Below are positions 49,821-58,871 of a DNA stretch of 64,000 bases, piece after piece. This DNA is from Candidatus Latescibacterota bacterium (GTDB lineage Bacteria; Latescibacterota; UBA2968; UBA8231): contig OZ242318.1 of NCBI GenBank assembly GCA_965208105.1, forward strand, positions 256,001 to 320,000, given 5' to 3'. Position numbers and translations under genes: made by a program. How positions within the stretch are numbered: the stretch's first letter is position 1; each line of letters begins with the position of its first letter. The notes beneath the pieces are model-generated. The model was not told the origin of the DNA and did not search any database. It was given only the letters and a program-made list of their open reading frames with translations.

Positions 49821-50781
49821 TGCCCTGAGGTTTTCCAGAAACCTGGTGCTGTCCTTCCCGGGCTTCCCCGAGGCTCAACGGGTTCGCATCGCTGGAATCC
49901 GCGGAGTTCGGAAATCCGTATAGCGCCCTGTTGAGTTTCGCCACGGCCTTGCCCAGTCGGGGGCCGAATCCCAGCAGCAGGAGCCCGTCCATGGATGCCA
50001 CCCGGCTCTGCTTCCCCGCAGGGGTCAGGGCCAGCCCGGGCAACCGCCACAGCCCGTGAGCGCCGCCGACGCTCGCCAGGCCGCTGTCCATGAGCAGGAT
50101 GACGTCGGGCGCCGCGGCCACCGCCGCTTCCGATGTGAGCGGTTTGTAGCCGCTGTAGCCCCGGACGGCATTGGCGCCGCCGGCCAGGCCGATCATGGTG
50201 TCGGCTCCCGTGTCGCGGCCGGCCACCATCAGGGTGCCCTGGCCGCGAGCGTAGAGAAAGAGGGCCCTGGCTTTGGTCCCGGTGCGGGGAATGGATGATT
50301 CCACCCTGGCCAGGTCTTCCTTGAGATTGCGGACCAGCGCCGCGCCTGTTTTCCGGGCGCCCAGGTGACGCGCGATTCCCTCGATCATGTCGACGGCGCC
50401 GTCCACCGTGGCCTCGTGGGGCATGACGAGCAATCTCACCCCGGCGCTCTCGATTTGCCGGAGAGCCTCGGGGGGCCCTACCTCGGTGGTGGCGATGATC
50501 AGGGTGGGGCTCAGGGACAGCACGCCTTCCGCAGAGAGGCGGCGGTGGTAGGCGACCTTGGGCAGCCGCTCGGCCGCAGCGGGAAATGAGCTGGAGGCAT
50601 CCACTCCCACGACGCGCTCGCCGGCGCCAAGGGCGAAGACGATCTCGGTGATGGTCCCGCCGAGGGTGACGATGCGCTCGCTCCCTCCGGGACCCTCCTC
50701 GGCATGGCCGGCGGTCGGGAGGTTGAGGCTCGTCTGCCCCAGGAAGGTCATCAATGCGAGGAACCGGATAGGCATTTTCAT
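49807..50781 (-). CDS. hmuT: heme ABC transporter substrate-binding protein
   Basis: RIVTLGGTITEIV, Y.R.LSAEGVLSL, GYKPLT.EA, LGFGPR. Confidence 0.9.
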   Translation of the reverse strand: MKMPIRFLALMTFLGQTSLNLPTAGHAEEGPGGSERIVTLGGTITEIVFALGAGERVVGVDASSSFPAAAERLPKVAYHRRLSAEGVLSLSPTLIIATTEVGPPEALRQIESAGVRLLVMPHEATVDGAVDMIEGIARHLGARKTGAALVRNLKEDLARVESSIPRTGTKARALFLYARGQGTLMVAGRDTGADTMIGLAGGANAVRGYSGYKPLTSEAAVAAAPDVILLMDSGLASVGGAHGLWRLPGLALTPAGKQSRVASMDGLLLLGFGPRLGKAVAKLNRALYGFPNSADSSDANPLSLGEAREGQHQVSGKPQGNAPD

Positions 50782-51839
50782 GGTTGGCGAACTCCTTCGA
50801 GGGCTGCCAGGGCGGCATTCCAGGCCTCGACCGTGGCCTGGCCCTGCTTGCGCCGGGCGAAGAGCAGGGCGATGGTTTCTCCCTGGAGGTCGAACAACTC
50901 CAGGCTGACCACCGTTCCATGGCGCGTGGGTTTCTGCACAACCCAGGCCGAATCCACCCGGTCCTCCCTGATGTGCAGGTTGAATCCTCCGTCCAGGACG
51001 TTGAGCCAGGGGCCGCTGGCCTTGACCTTGCAGATGGGGCCCGAATGGATCTGGATGACTCCAGGGCTGGAGACGAACACCATGATGGCCAATCGTTTAC
51101 GGGATGCCACCTGCAGTACCTGGTTAAGACTGGTGGAGACCACCCTGCGGGCCAGAGAGTCGTCGGCCAGGCGCAGGGCCTGAACCCGCCCCACCTGGAA
51201 CCGGGCGAGAAGCCGGTGGAACTCGTGGGTGTCCTCGAGGCCGCGCCAGGCTGCCTGCAGTCCCTGCAGATCGATGGCGCCGTCCTCCCTGTCTGCAACC
51301 AATGGAGGGCGCGGACAGACGCATTGCACCGGCGACTGGTCCGCGGCGGCGAACTCGCCGGTCAGCCCCTCGTATGCCTTGCGGTCGCTCTCTGCGATCA
51401 GGTAGACCTTGTGGACCGCCGTGCCGTGTCGGTCGAAGAATTGAAAGCTTGACAGGGTGGATCGGCGGCCTTCCTGCTCCACCGCAAAGCCCAGGTGCCA
51501 GTGGTCCATGAACAGGCGCAGGTCGATGCCTTCATCCAGTACCAGCCCCATCCGGCCTTGAAAATGCACTTCGCGGAAGCGGCCGTGTTTTTCGTGCACC
51601 GCGTGGTCATTGCGGGTCAGGGCCATGACCGGACCCAGCTCTTCGAGACGCTGGACGAAATGTGGCCAGTCGGCCTCCAGGCGGACCGCGGTTTCCCCGC
51701 AGGAGGATGCCACCAGCTCGGCTTCGCTCACCCCGAGTTGCTCGGCCGCGTCGCGGATGCGCACTCCGGGGTGGTCGCGGCGATAGGATTTCCAGAGCTG
51801 TTTGAAGTCGCCTCTTCCGGCGGGCGCTGTGGTAGTCAT
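50778..51839 (-). CDS. hmuS: hemin-degrading/transport factor (HemS/ChuS)
   Basis: RIRDAA..LGVSEAEL, ALTRN..AVHEK, IDLRLF, DTHEF, QIHSG, FNLH. Confidence 0.92.
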   Translation of the reverse strand: MTTTAPAGRGDFKQLWKSYRRDHPGVRIRDAAEQLGVSEAELVASSCGETAVRLEADWPHFVQRLEELGPVMALTRNDHAVHEKHGRFREVHFQGRMGLVLDEGIDLRLFMDHWHLGFAVEQEGRRSTLSSFQFFDRHGTAVHKVYLIAESDRKAYEGLTGEFAAADQSPVQCVCPRPPLVADREDGAIDLQGLQAAWRGLEDTHEFHRLLARFQVGRVQALRLADDSLARRVVSTSLNQVLQVASRKRLAIMVFVSSPGVIQIHSGPICKVKASGPWLNVLDGGFNLHIREDRVDSAWVVQKPTRHGTVVSLELFDLQGETIALLFARRKQGQATVEAWNAALAALEGVRQP

Positions 51840-51850
51840 GTCTTCTCCCT

Positions 51851-52264
51851 TCAGTTGAGGTTCCCGTGCATGCCAGACAGGGGACTGGAATGGGCGAACT
51901 GAAAACCTGGAAAGACCTTTACGCTGGGTCCGGGCGCCCGGCACATGGAATCAGGTACCGGGCTCGCCCCTTCCCGTTCCGCCATCTTTTCGACAGTCTC
52001 CGCCGCTTCGGCCATGGCCTCAGCCAGGGGAGCCAGGGCTCCCGCTCCCAGGCACATGACCGTGGTGTGCCAGGCCAGGGACAGGTGGGAACAGGACCAG
52101 ATCCCGGCCTTTACCAGGTTCTGAGCCTGCTGAATCTCCCGGTTCAGGTCGCAGAACTCGCTGGGCAGCAGACCGATGTTGACGTTGTGGCAGATCAAAT
52201 GGATGCCGCCGTGCTCGCAGCGGTAGATGGTTGCCAGCGGGGGGTTGCTGACGATGGGTTTCAT
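51851..52264 (-). CDS. hypothetical Cys/His-containing protein in heme operon
   Basis: RBS AGGAG; CEHGGIHLICHN; lies between hmuY and hmuS. Confidence 0.6.
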   Translation of the reverse strand: MKPIVSNPPLATIYRCEHGGIHLICHNVNIGLLPSEFCDLNREIQQAQNLVKAGIWSCSHLSLAWHTTVMCLGAGALAPLAEAMAEAAETVEKMAEREGASPVPDSMCRAPGPSVKVFPGFQFAHSSPLSGMHGNLN

Positions 52265-52284
52265 GAGAACTCTCCTGTGGTTGT

Positions 52285-53418
52285 TCAGTTGGATTCGCGG
52301 AACCTATCCTTGAGCCGACCCCAACTTGAGAACTGCACCGCGGTCGCCTCCGATGCTCCCAGGCCCCGCCAGCGGAAGGTGACGAATCCGGATACGGGGG
52401 AGCCCTCTACCTCCAGGTAGTAGCTGAGGATCTGCATCTTGTAGAAGGCCTCACCGGTGTCGATGATGTAAACGTGGTTTCGGGTCGACAGCAGGTGGGT
52501 TTCGCTGTCGTAGCTGTACCACTCGCCGCTGTCGCTGCTGAAGGCGGAACCGGCCTTGTCGGCAAAATAGCCGAATCCCATGGCCCTGGTGATTTCCTCG
52601 AAGCTCTGGCCGGCCTGGTAAGCGGGAAAGGCTCCGCCCTGGCCGGGGCCGCTGATGCCGCCGTTCATGCGGATGACGTAGCCGGTGAAGTGGAGGTCCC
52701 AGTCCAGTGAGGTCGCCGGGTCGGAGGGGGACACCGGTTCTCCTGCGACCAGGTTGAAGTAGACCTCCTGGTCGCCGCTGACGTCCACGGTTGCGCTGCG
52801 GGAATCTCCCTCGAGATTCTCCCCGTCGCCCACCACCCAGCGGAAGGAGATGCGTCCGGCATCGCTGCGTCCGGCATCGCTGCGTCCGGCCCCTTCCATC
52901 CCGTCGACAACGAACTTGGCGAAGCTCCCGTCTGCTGTGCGCAGCTCGTATGCATTGCCCGGCACATCCAGGCTGTGGGTGGCCGGATTGTAGGAGTACC
53001 ATTCGCCGATGGCGTAGGCCGGTCCGTCGGTTATGAAGGCGTCGGAGCCGGGAATGTGGGCATTTGTCACCGCGTCGAAGCCATCTGTCGCCGCCATGTC
53101 CTCGGCGCCGTTGAAGTCGAAGCCCTTGACCTGGCCGGGGCCGCTGATGCCGCCGTTGAGCCTGATCTCGCTGCGCTTGAAGGCGATGTGCCACTCGCTG
53201 GAGGAGGCCGCCTCCGCGTCGGTGATGGGGACCACGTCCCCGCGCTCGAAGCTGAAGTAGGTGAAGTCGTGGGCTTCGGCGGCGAAGGCCCCTCCGGCGG
53301 TGGCGTCGATCACCGTGTGAAAGTCGCCGTTGTCGAGCTGGGTGGTGGACCCGCCCTGGACCGGGGCGCCGAGCCCCGGCAGCAGGACGAGCAGGATGAT
53401 GAAGCTGATTGGATGCAT
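52285..53418 (-). CDS. hmuY: HmuY-family heme-binding protein with two HmuY domains
   Basis: Twice-repeated YF...W.(I/L).F....IR.NGGISGPG...WYSY...TH; signal peptide without lipobox Cys. Confidence 0.82.
   Translation of the reverse strand: MHPISFIILLVLLPGLGAPVQGGSTTQLDNGDFHTVIDATAGGAFAAEAHDFTYFSFERGDVVPITDAEAASSSEWHIAFKRSEIRLNGGISGPGQVKGFDFNGAEDMAATDGFDAVTNAHIPGSDAFITDGPAYAIGEWYSYNPATHSLDVPGNAYELRTADGSFAKFVVDGMEGAGRSDAGRSDAGRISFRWVVGDGENLEGDSRSATVDVSGDQEVYFNLVAGEPVSPSDPATSLDWDLHFTGYVIRMNGGISGPGQGGAFPAYQAGQSFEEITRAMGFGYFADKAGSAFSSDSGEWYSYDSETHLLSTRNHVYIIDTGEAFYKMQILSYYLEVEGSPVSGFVTFRWRGLGASEATAVQFSSWGRLKDRFRESN
52851..52890. repeat. 15-bp tandem repeat inside hmuY (GRSDA x2 + GR)
   Basis: TGCGTCCGGCATCGC x2.7. 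Confidence 0.85.
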
Positions 53419-53450
53419 GGTGCGTTCCTCCTTGAATAGTGGGTGATGGA

Positions 53451-53861
53451 CTAGTGAGCCGAGGCTCCTTCGAGAATCCAGGTCCGCACCAGCCCTATCT
53501 CCTCCTCAGGCATGGGAAGTGCGAGATAGGGCATGCGGTAGCCCACGATGCGCGGGTCGTTCTCGAGTTTCCACATCAGGTAGCTGACATCCGGTTTGAA
53601 AGGCTCCACGATCATCAGGTCCGGCCGCTGGACGCTCCTCCGGGAGACCAGTTGCTGGTGCGAGCTGTCCGCCGTGAGGTTCAGGAAGCCCGTGCCTTCC
53701 GTGGAGCTGCGGTGGCAGCGCACGCAGCGCTTGTCGAGGAGCGTCTGGATGTCTTCGGCATAGGCCACGGTTCGCGGGGTGACCCGCGCAACCGGATGGC
53801 CGTCGTCACAACCGCTTAAACACATCCACAGGATCATCATGGCTGCCCCTTTTCCTTTCAC
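53451..53861 (-). CDS. small mono-heme c-type cytochrome lipoprotein
   Basis: Lipobox LSGC, CVRCH, distal RMP, WI.EGA; GTGA overlap with receptor stop. Confidence 0.78.
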   Translation of the reverse strand: MKGKGAAMMILWMCLSGCDDGHPVARVTPRTVAYAEDIQTLLDKRCVRCHRSSTEGTGFLNLTADSSHQQLVSRRSVQRPDLMIVEPFKPDVSYLMWKLENDPRIVGYRMPYLALPMPEEEIGLVRTWILEGASAH

Positions 53862-56197
53862 AGCTCCACCCGCAGGCCGCCCCTGAGGACCCGGCCCCGC
53901 GGCGAGCGCAGGTCTCCCTGGCGCTCCGGGTCCCTCCGGTTGTCGAAGAGGTTCTCGAAGCCCAGCCTGAGGGTGAAGGGGCCCGGGAGAGGCTGCTCCG
54001 CATTGAGGTCCCATTCGCTGGCCGCCGGTGAGCGCAGGGTGGCCTCGGCGTCGGCCCACACCGCGCTGTCCCGGCTCAGCTTGATCTCCAACCGTCCCTT
54101 TGAGGGGGTCGTCCATCTCGCCCGGAGGCGCAGCGCGTGGCGCGGCCTCCCAGGCAGATCGATCCGGGCTTCCTGATCCCGTGCCCGCAGATGGGTGTAT
54201 CCGCCGTTCAGCGAGAGGCCGTTCCGAATCCGGTAATTCATGCCGAGCTCGAAACCCCGGGTAGAGGCTCGTCCCACGTTGTCGTAGGCATAGATGGCCA
54301 CCGAGCCGGAGCTTTGCTCGGGGTCGAACACGGTCTGGATCAGGTTGCGCAAACGGTTGTGGAAGAAATTGAGGCGCAGGCCGAGGTCCTTGACCGGCTC
54401 TAGCTCGCCGCCGAGGTTGATCCCGCGGCTCCGTTCAGGTTTCAGCGAGGGTGTCCCAAGCACCTTGTAGCCCAGGTTGCTGTGGTCGAATACGAAATGG
54501 AGCTCCTTCAGGGAAGGGGCGCGGTAGCCCTCGCCGTAGGATGCCCGCACCTTCAGGCGGGTGGCAATCTGGTGGGAGAAGGAGATCTTCGGGGTCAAAT
54601 GAGACCCGAAGCGGGAGTGCCTTTGATAGCGGGCGCCTCCCACGATCCCGGTTCTTTCGCCCACTTGCCAGTCGTCCTGGACGTAGGCCTCCCAGACTTC
54701 CACCTGCGATGGCGGCACCTCGACCGAGCGCCGTTGCCCTCCCCGGGGAAGGGTGCGTTCGAGAGCCACCTCCAGGTTCTCGCGGCTGTGCTCCAGCCCC
54801 CCGGTGAGCAGGTGCCGGTGCCGCATCGGGCCGGCGGCCCGCAGGTGGTACCTGGTGAGGACGTTGGCGGTTGTCCGCTCCCGCGCTTCCCGGCTGCCCA
54901 TCAGCTCCTCCCGGCTGAGCTTGTCGAACCAGGTGCGGTGGACCTGGGCGCTGGCGCTGCTTCCTTCAGCCGACTGCCAGTCCGCCCTTGTGCCCAGTTC
55001 CAACCGCTGCAACTGATCCGGGTAGCGCCAGACGTAGGTCTTGTCGAGCGGGGGAAAGTAGCGGCTGGACACCCCCTCCTCGTCCTCGGAGAGCCATCGC
55101 CCCGAGGCTTGCAGCGACAGCCGGGGCCTTACCTGCCAGCGCAGTTGGCCCTGGGTGAACCGGTTGGTGTAGGCGTCGAGATCGGTGTCGGGATCCTGCG
55201 GGGAACGGTCGAGGGCCTCCCTGGCGGTCCTCGAGGCCATGAGGGAGGCGGAGATGTTGGAGCGGGCAAGGGAGGCGAGGCCTTCGAAGGAGGTCATTCC
55301 CCCGGACCCGGCGCTGAAGCGGAGGTCTCCACCCCGATTCCGCCTGGGTGAGCGAGTGAGGATATGGACCACCCCGCCCATGGCCTCGCTGCCGTAGAGG
55401 GCGGAATGGGGTCCCTTCACCACTTCGACCCGCTCCACCTGGCAGATCGGCAACTGGGCCAGGTCGATAACACCGCCAGGGCCTCCGATCACGCGCTCGC
55501 CGTCCACGAGGATCAAGATGCGATTGGGACCGATTCCCTGGATCATGACGCCGGAAGGGGACCCCAGGTAGCCATAGAGTGCGGATTGCACGTTGATACC
55601 CGCGACGTCCTCCAGCAGCCCCGCCACGTTCTCCGTCCCCGACAGGTCGATGTCCTCCCGCCGGACCACGGCCACGGGCACGGTCAGCTTCGCCGCCGAC
55701 TTGGGCAGGCCGGTGGCAGTGACCAGGGTGGCGGCCTGGTCCAGGGGCAGGACCTGGAGTGAGATGTCAAGCCGAACCCTTTGCCCTTCAACAAGTTCCA
55801 CCTTCCGGGTCCAGGGGCGGTAGCCGATTCTTCTGACCACGAACCGGTAGCTGCCCGGAGGAAGCTGCATCTGAAAGCGGCCGCTCGCGTCGGCAATGGC
55901 CGGTGCTTCTCCGCCCTCTGCCGCTATGCTGGCATGGGAAACCGGCCGCCTGGAGTCGGCGTCCAGTATGGTGCCCTCGACCTCGGCGGCGGCGAGTTCG
56001 AGGACCGGCAGGCAGATTCCACCCAGCAGGAGTCCCAGAACCCATCCTAACCGTGCCGGAGGAGGACTACCGCCTGAACCCGGGGGCCACGGGAGAACCC
56101 TCACCAGGAATTTCCGGCTGCGATCCGGGCGATTTTTTTTCAGGACAGACTTTTTGACTGCGAGGACACCATCCATTATGTTTTCCAAGGAGGACAA
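53858..56197 (-). CDS. TonB-dependent receptor with N-terminal carboxypeptidase-regulatory-like domain
   Basis: VTAT TonB box, ILVDG, VEVVKGPHSALYGSEAMGGV, YRAP, LKPE, ENLFD. True start uncertain. Confidence 0.9.
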   Translation of the reverse strand: MSSLENIMDGVLAVKKSVLKKNRPDRSRKFLVRVLPWPPGSGGSPPPARLGWVLGLLLGGICLPVLELAAAEVEGTILDADSRRPVSHASIAAEGGEAPAIADASGRFQMQLPPGSYRFVVRRIGYRPWTRKVELVEGQRVRLDISLQVLPLDQAATLVTATGLPKSAAKLTVPVAVVRREDIDLSGTENVAGLLEDVAGINVQSALYGYLGSPSGVMIQGIGPNRILILVDGERVIGGPGGVIDLAQLPICQVERVEVVKGPHSALYGSEAMGGVVHILTRSPRRNRGGDLRFSAGSGGMTSFEGLASLARSNISASLMASRTAREALDRSPQDPDTDLDAYTNRFTQGQLRWQVRPRLSLQASGRWLSEDEEGVSSRYFPPLDKTYVWRYPDQLQRLELGTRADWQSAEGSSASAQVHRTWFDKLSREELMGSREARERTTANVLTRYHLRAAGPMRHRHLLTGGLEHSRENLEVALERTLPRGGQRRSVEVPPSQVEVWEAYVQDDWQVGERTGIVGGARYQRHSRFGSHLTPKISFSHQIATRLKVRASYGEGYRAPSLKELHFVFDHSNLGYKVLGTPSLKPERSRGINLGGELEPVKDLGLRLNFFHNRLRNLIQTVFDPEQSSGSVAIYAYDNVGRASTRGFELGMNYRIRNGLSLNGGYTHLRARDQEARIDLPGRPRHALRLRARWTTPSKGRLEIKLSRDSAVWADAEATLRSPAASEWDLNAEQPLPGPFTLRLGFENLFDNRRDPERQGDLRSPRGRVLRGGLRVEL

Positions 56198-56261
56198 AAA
56201 AGCGCGGATATACCCGGCCGGTTCTCTCCGGTTCGGAGCATATCGGTGCCTGGTTCTCGAC

Positions 56262-56306
56262 AGGCTATTGGCGGAGTGCTGGCAGGCGCAGCCAATAGCC
56301 TTTTTT
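56262..56306 (+). terminator. stem-loop with plus-strand T-tract between DHOR and receptor genes
   Basis: AGGCTATTGGC ... GCCAATAGCCT followed by T-run. Confidence 0.5.
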
Positions 56307-56357
56307 ATTTCGATTCAGCTCGGTCCAGCTTTTACTGCTATTCTCCTCTGATCTCCA

Positions 56358-57752
56358 TCACAGGGACTGCAAAAAGGCGACGAGGGCGTCCCGGTCGCTC
56401 TCGTCGAGCCCTCCCACGAACTCCCTCGCTGCCTCGGCCTCGCCGCCGTGGAGCATGACGGCCTCCATCAGGGTACGGGCGCGGCCGTCGTGCAGGTAGG
56501 CCGGAATTCCGTTGACCGTCTCCGTAAGGCCGATGCCCCACAGTGGGGGGGTGCGCCATTCGCTGCCGTCGGCCTCGAAGTCCGGCCGGCCGTCGGCAAG
56601 CTCTTCCCCCATGTCGTGGAGCAGCAGGTCGGTGTAGGGATGAATGGTCTGCATGGACAAAGCGGCGATTTCATGGCTCCCGGTTTGCAGGGTGGGGAGA
56701 TGACAGCCCGAGCATCCGGCTTTTGCGAAGAGCTTTTCGCCGCGCCGAACCTGGGGATCGTCGATGTTGCGGCGGGCGGGCACCGCCAGGGTCTGGATGT
56801 AGAAGGTGGTCACCTCCAGGATTTTGGGCCCGATCTCGGGATCGTCCTGGCGGCCGTCCGCCTGAACCTGGCCGGCTGTCGATTCGAAGGGGAAGTAAGG
56901 GCTGGTTACCCCCATGTCCTGGTGGTAGGCCGAGGCCACCTGCTGCAGCAGGTCCGGGTTGTTGGCCTTGAGGCCGAAGCGGCCCAGCTCGGTGCGTCCG
57001 CTGCGAAAGTTGTAGACCATGTTGGGGCGTCCGGAGATGCCGTCCCCGTCCCAGTCTCCAGGGTCGGCCAGGGCGAGGATGTCCCCTTCGGGGACCGCTT
57101 CGAGCAGGCCGCGGCCAAAGACCGGAGGAGCCATTCGCGGCGAGGTCAGGACCCCGGCCGGAAGGGCCTGGTAGGCATCGTAGATATGGTATTGGGGAAC
57201 GCGTACCGCGTAGGCCTGGCCGTCGTCGAAATGACGTATTTCCTCGTGGTACAAGACCTCGATTCGCGCCTCCGGCTGTACTCCGAAGACAGCGCGGTCC
57301 CCGATCTGCTCCCCGAAGCCCGGCACCGGACGCGGTGCCCCGGGGACCTCCGGATTGAGGCCGGGCAGGCTGACCCGCATGAGCATGGAGCCGAGGAATG
57401 GGGAAGTGTCGCCGAAACCATCGCGCCCGCGGCCGTCGCGCGCGTGGCACCCCACGCACGAGGTCTGGTTGAATACCGGACCCAGTCCGTGACCCACCTC
57501 GGCCGGTGCGGTGACGAAGATCTGCTCGAAAGCGGCGTCACCGGCCAGGAAGCGGTCCATTTCCTCTCCGTTCAAAGAAGGAATCGGGTTTTCGAAGGCC
57601 AGACTGCTGGCGTCGAATACGGTGGCGTCCCCGCCGGAAAGCAGGCGGTTCTCGCCCACTTCATCGGGCTCCACTCCCGAGCCGCCGTCGCCGCAGCCGG
57701 TGGGGAAGGCGGCGAGGAGCGCATAGATCAGCCATCTGCGGATAGGGGCCAT
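56358..57752 (-). CDS. di-heme oxidoreductase (DHOR family) lipoprotein
   Basis: CVGCH and CSGCH, GLGPVFN, YTDLLLHDMG, WRTPPLWG, LHDGRAR. Confidence 0.92.
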   Translation of the reverse strand: MAPIRRWLIYALLAAFPTGCGDGGSGVEPDEVGENRLLSGGDATVFDASSLAFENPIPSLNGEEMDRFLAGDAAFEQIFVTAPAEVGHGLGPVFNQTSCVGCHARDGRGRDGFGDTSPFLGSMLMRVSLPGLNPEVPGAPRPVPGFGEQIGDRAVFGVQPEARIEVLYHEEIRHFDDGQAYAVRVPQYHIYDAYQALPAGVLTSPRMAPPVFGRGLLEAVPEGDILALADPGDWDGDGISGRPNMVYNFRSGRTELGRFGLKANNPDLLQQVASAYHQDMGVTSPYFPFESTAGQVQADGRQDDPEIGPKILEVTTFYIQTLAVPARRNIDDPQVRRGEKLFAKAGCSGCHLPTLQTGSHEIAALSMQTIHPYTDLLLHDMGEELADGRPDFEADGSEWRTPPLWGIGLTETVNGIPAYLHDGRARTLMEAVMLHGGEAEAAREFVGGLDESDRDALVAFLQSL

Positions 57753-57778
57753 CTTCCGTGTTCCGCCGGCCAACAAAT

Positions 57779-58855
57779 TCAGTCGGCCAGGACCAGGGGC
57801 AGAATTGCCTCCTCCAGGGTCTGCTGTACGGTGGCAACGGCCGCCTGCGCCTTTTCCACCTGGCCGCGGTCGGAGAATATGGCTTCGCGGAAGGGCGGGG
57901 CGATGCTGCCGATCTCGTCGATCGCCGCCTGGATTTCATCCTTCAGGCGTTGGTCCAGGGCGGCGTTGCGCTCGCCGATGAACTCGTCCAGGCCGCGGCC
58001 GTCCTCCCGGTAGTTACCGGTGTAGACGTTGCTCACGCTGCGCAGGTTGTTCTGGAAATCGACGATGGAGTTGAAGCTGAACTGGGATTCCACCAGGCGC
58101 GGGTCCTCTTCGGTCAGGGGATCGGCGATCTTGCCGTTGGCCACTTCGTCGCAGATGCCGATCATGCCGCCGACCATCTCCTGCACGGCCGCCTGGGCCG
58201 AGGGATAGACCGGGCTCCCCTTGCCCGCGTCGGTGACCTTCTGGCCGAAATTGCCCCCTGAAGGTATCCAGCTTTCGTACAATGCTCTGGTTGTTTCCTT
58301 GAGGTCCTCGGTGGTGGCTACGAGGTAGTCGAACTCCCGCGCCGTGAGGTCGGCTGCGGACTTGCCTCCTCCTTCGCCGAAAAGGAGGTATTCGATGGTG
58401 TGAAAGCCCTTGAGGGTGCCGTCGAGCCCGCCCACGTAGGCGGCGGTCAGCTCGTTGCCGCTGGCAAGGACACCGTCGAGGTCGGTGCGGTTCACCGGCC
58501 AACTGTCCAGCGCCGGGTCGTAGCCGTTGAAATCCACGGGACCGAAGAGAAAGCCCTCGCTGGCCTCCCAGGGAACGCGGGCGGCCACCCAGCGGGTGCG
58601 GGCGGTGGTCAGGTTCTCAGCGCTGGGATCCTCCCGCAGGGCTCCCACGGCGGCCAGGAGGTCGCCGGCGCGCTTGTCCAGGTCGGCGTAGGTGGCGATG
58701 ACCACCTTGTTGGTGAAGTCGTCGAGGACGGGCCCGAAATCGAAGGCCGCGGGTTCAGCCGTCGGTGGGGTGCTGTCGTCGTCGCCGCAGCCGGCGACCA
58801 GGATCAGACCGGACAGGACAAGCCAGAGGCGTGAAAGAGGGACGATGGCGTTCAT
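57779..58855 (-). CDS. imelysin family iron-regulated lipoprotein
   Basis: Lipobox VAGC, WEASE.FLFGP, DSWP, GFHTIEY (GxHxxE). Confidence 0.92.
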   Translation of the reverse strand: MNAIVPLSRLWLVLSGLILVAGCGDDDSTPPTAEPAAFDFGPVLDDFTNKVVIATYADLDKRAGDLLAAVGALREDPSAENLTTARTRWVAARVPWEASEGFLFGPVDFNGYDPALDSWPVNRTDLDGVLASGNELTAAYVGGLDGTLKGFHTIEYLLFGEGGGKSAADLTAREFDYLVATTEDLKETTRALYESWIPSGGNFGQKVTDAGKGSPVYPSAQAAVQEMVGGMIGICDEVANGKIADPLTEEDPRLVESQFSFNSIVDFQNNLRSVSNVYTGNYREDGRGLDEFIGERNAALDQRLKDEIQAAIDEIGSIAPPFREAIFSDRGQVEKAQAAVATVQQTLEEAILPLVLAD

Positions 58856-58871
58856 GCTTGACTCCTTTTCG

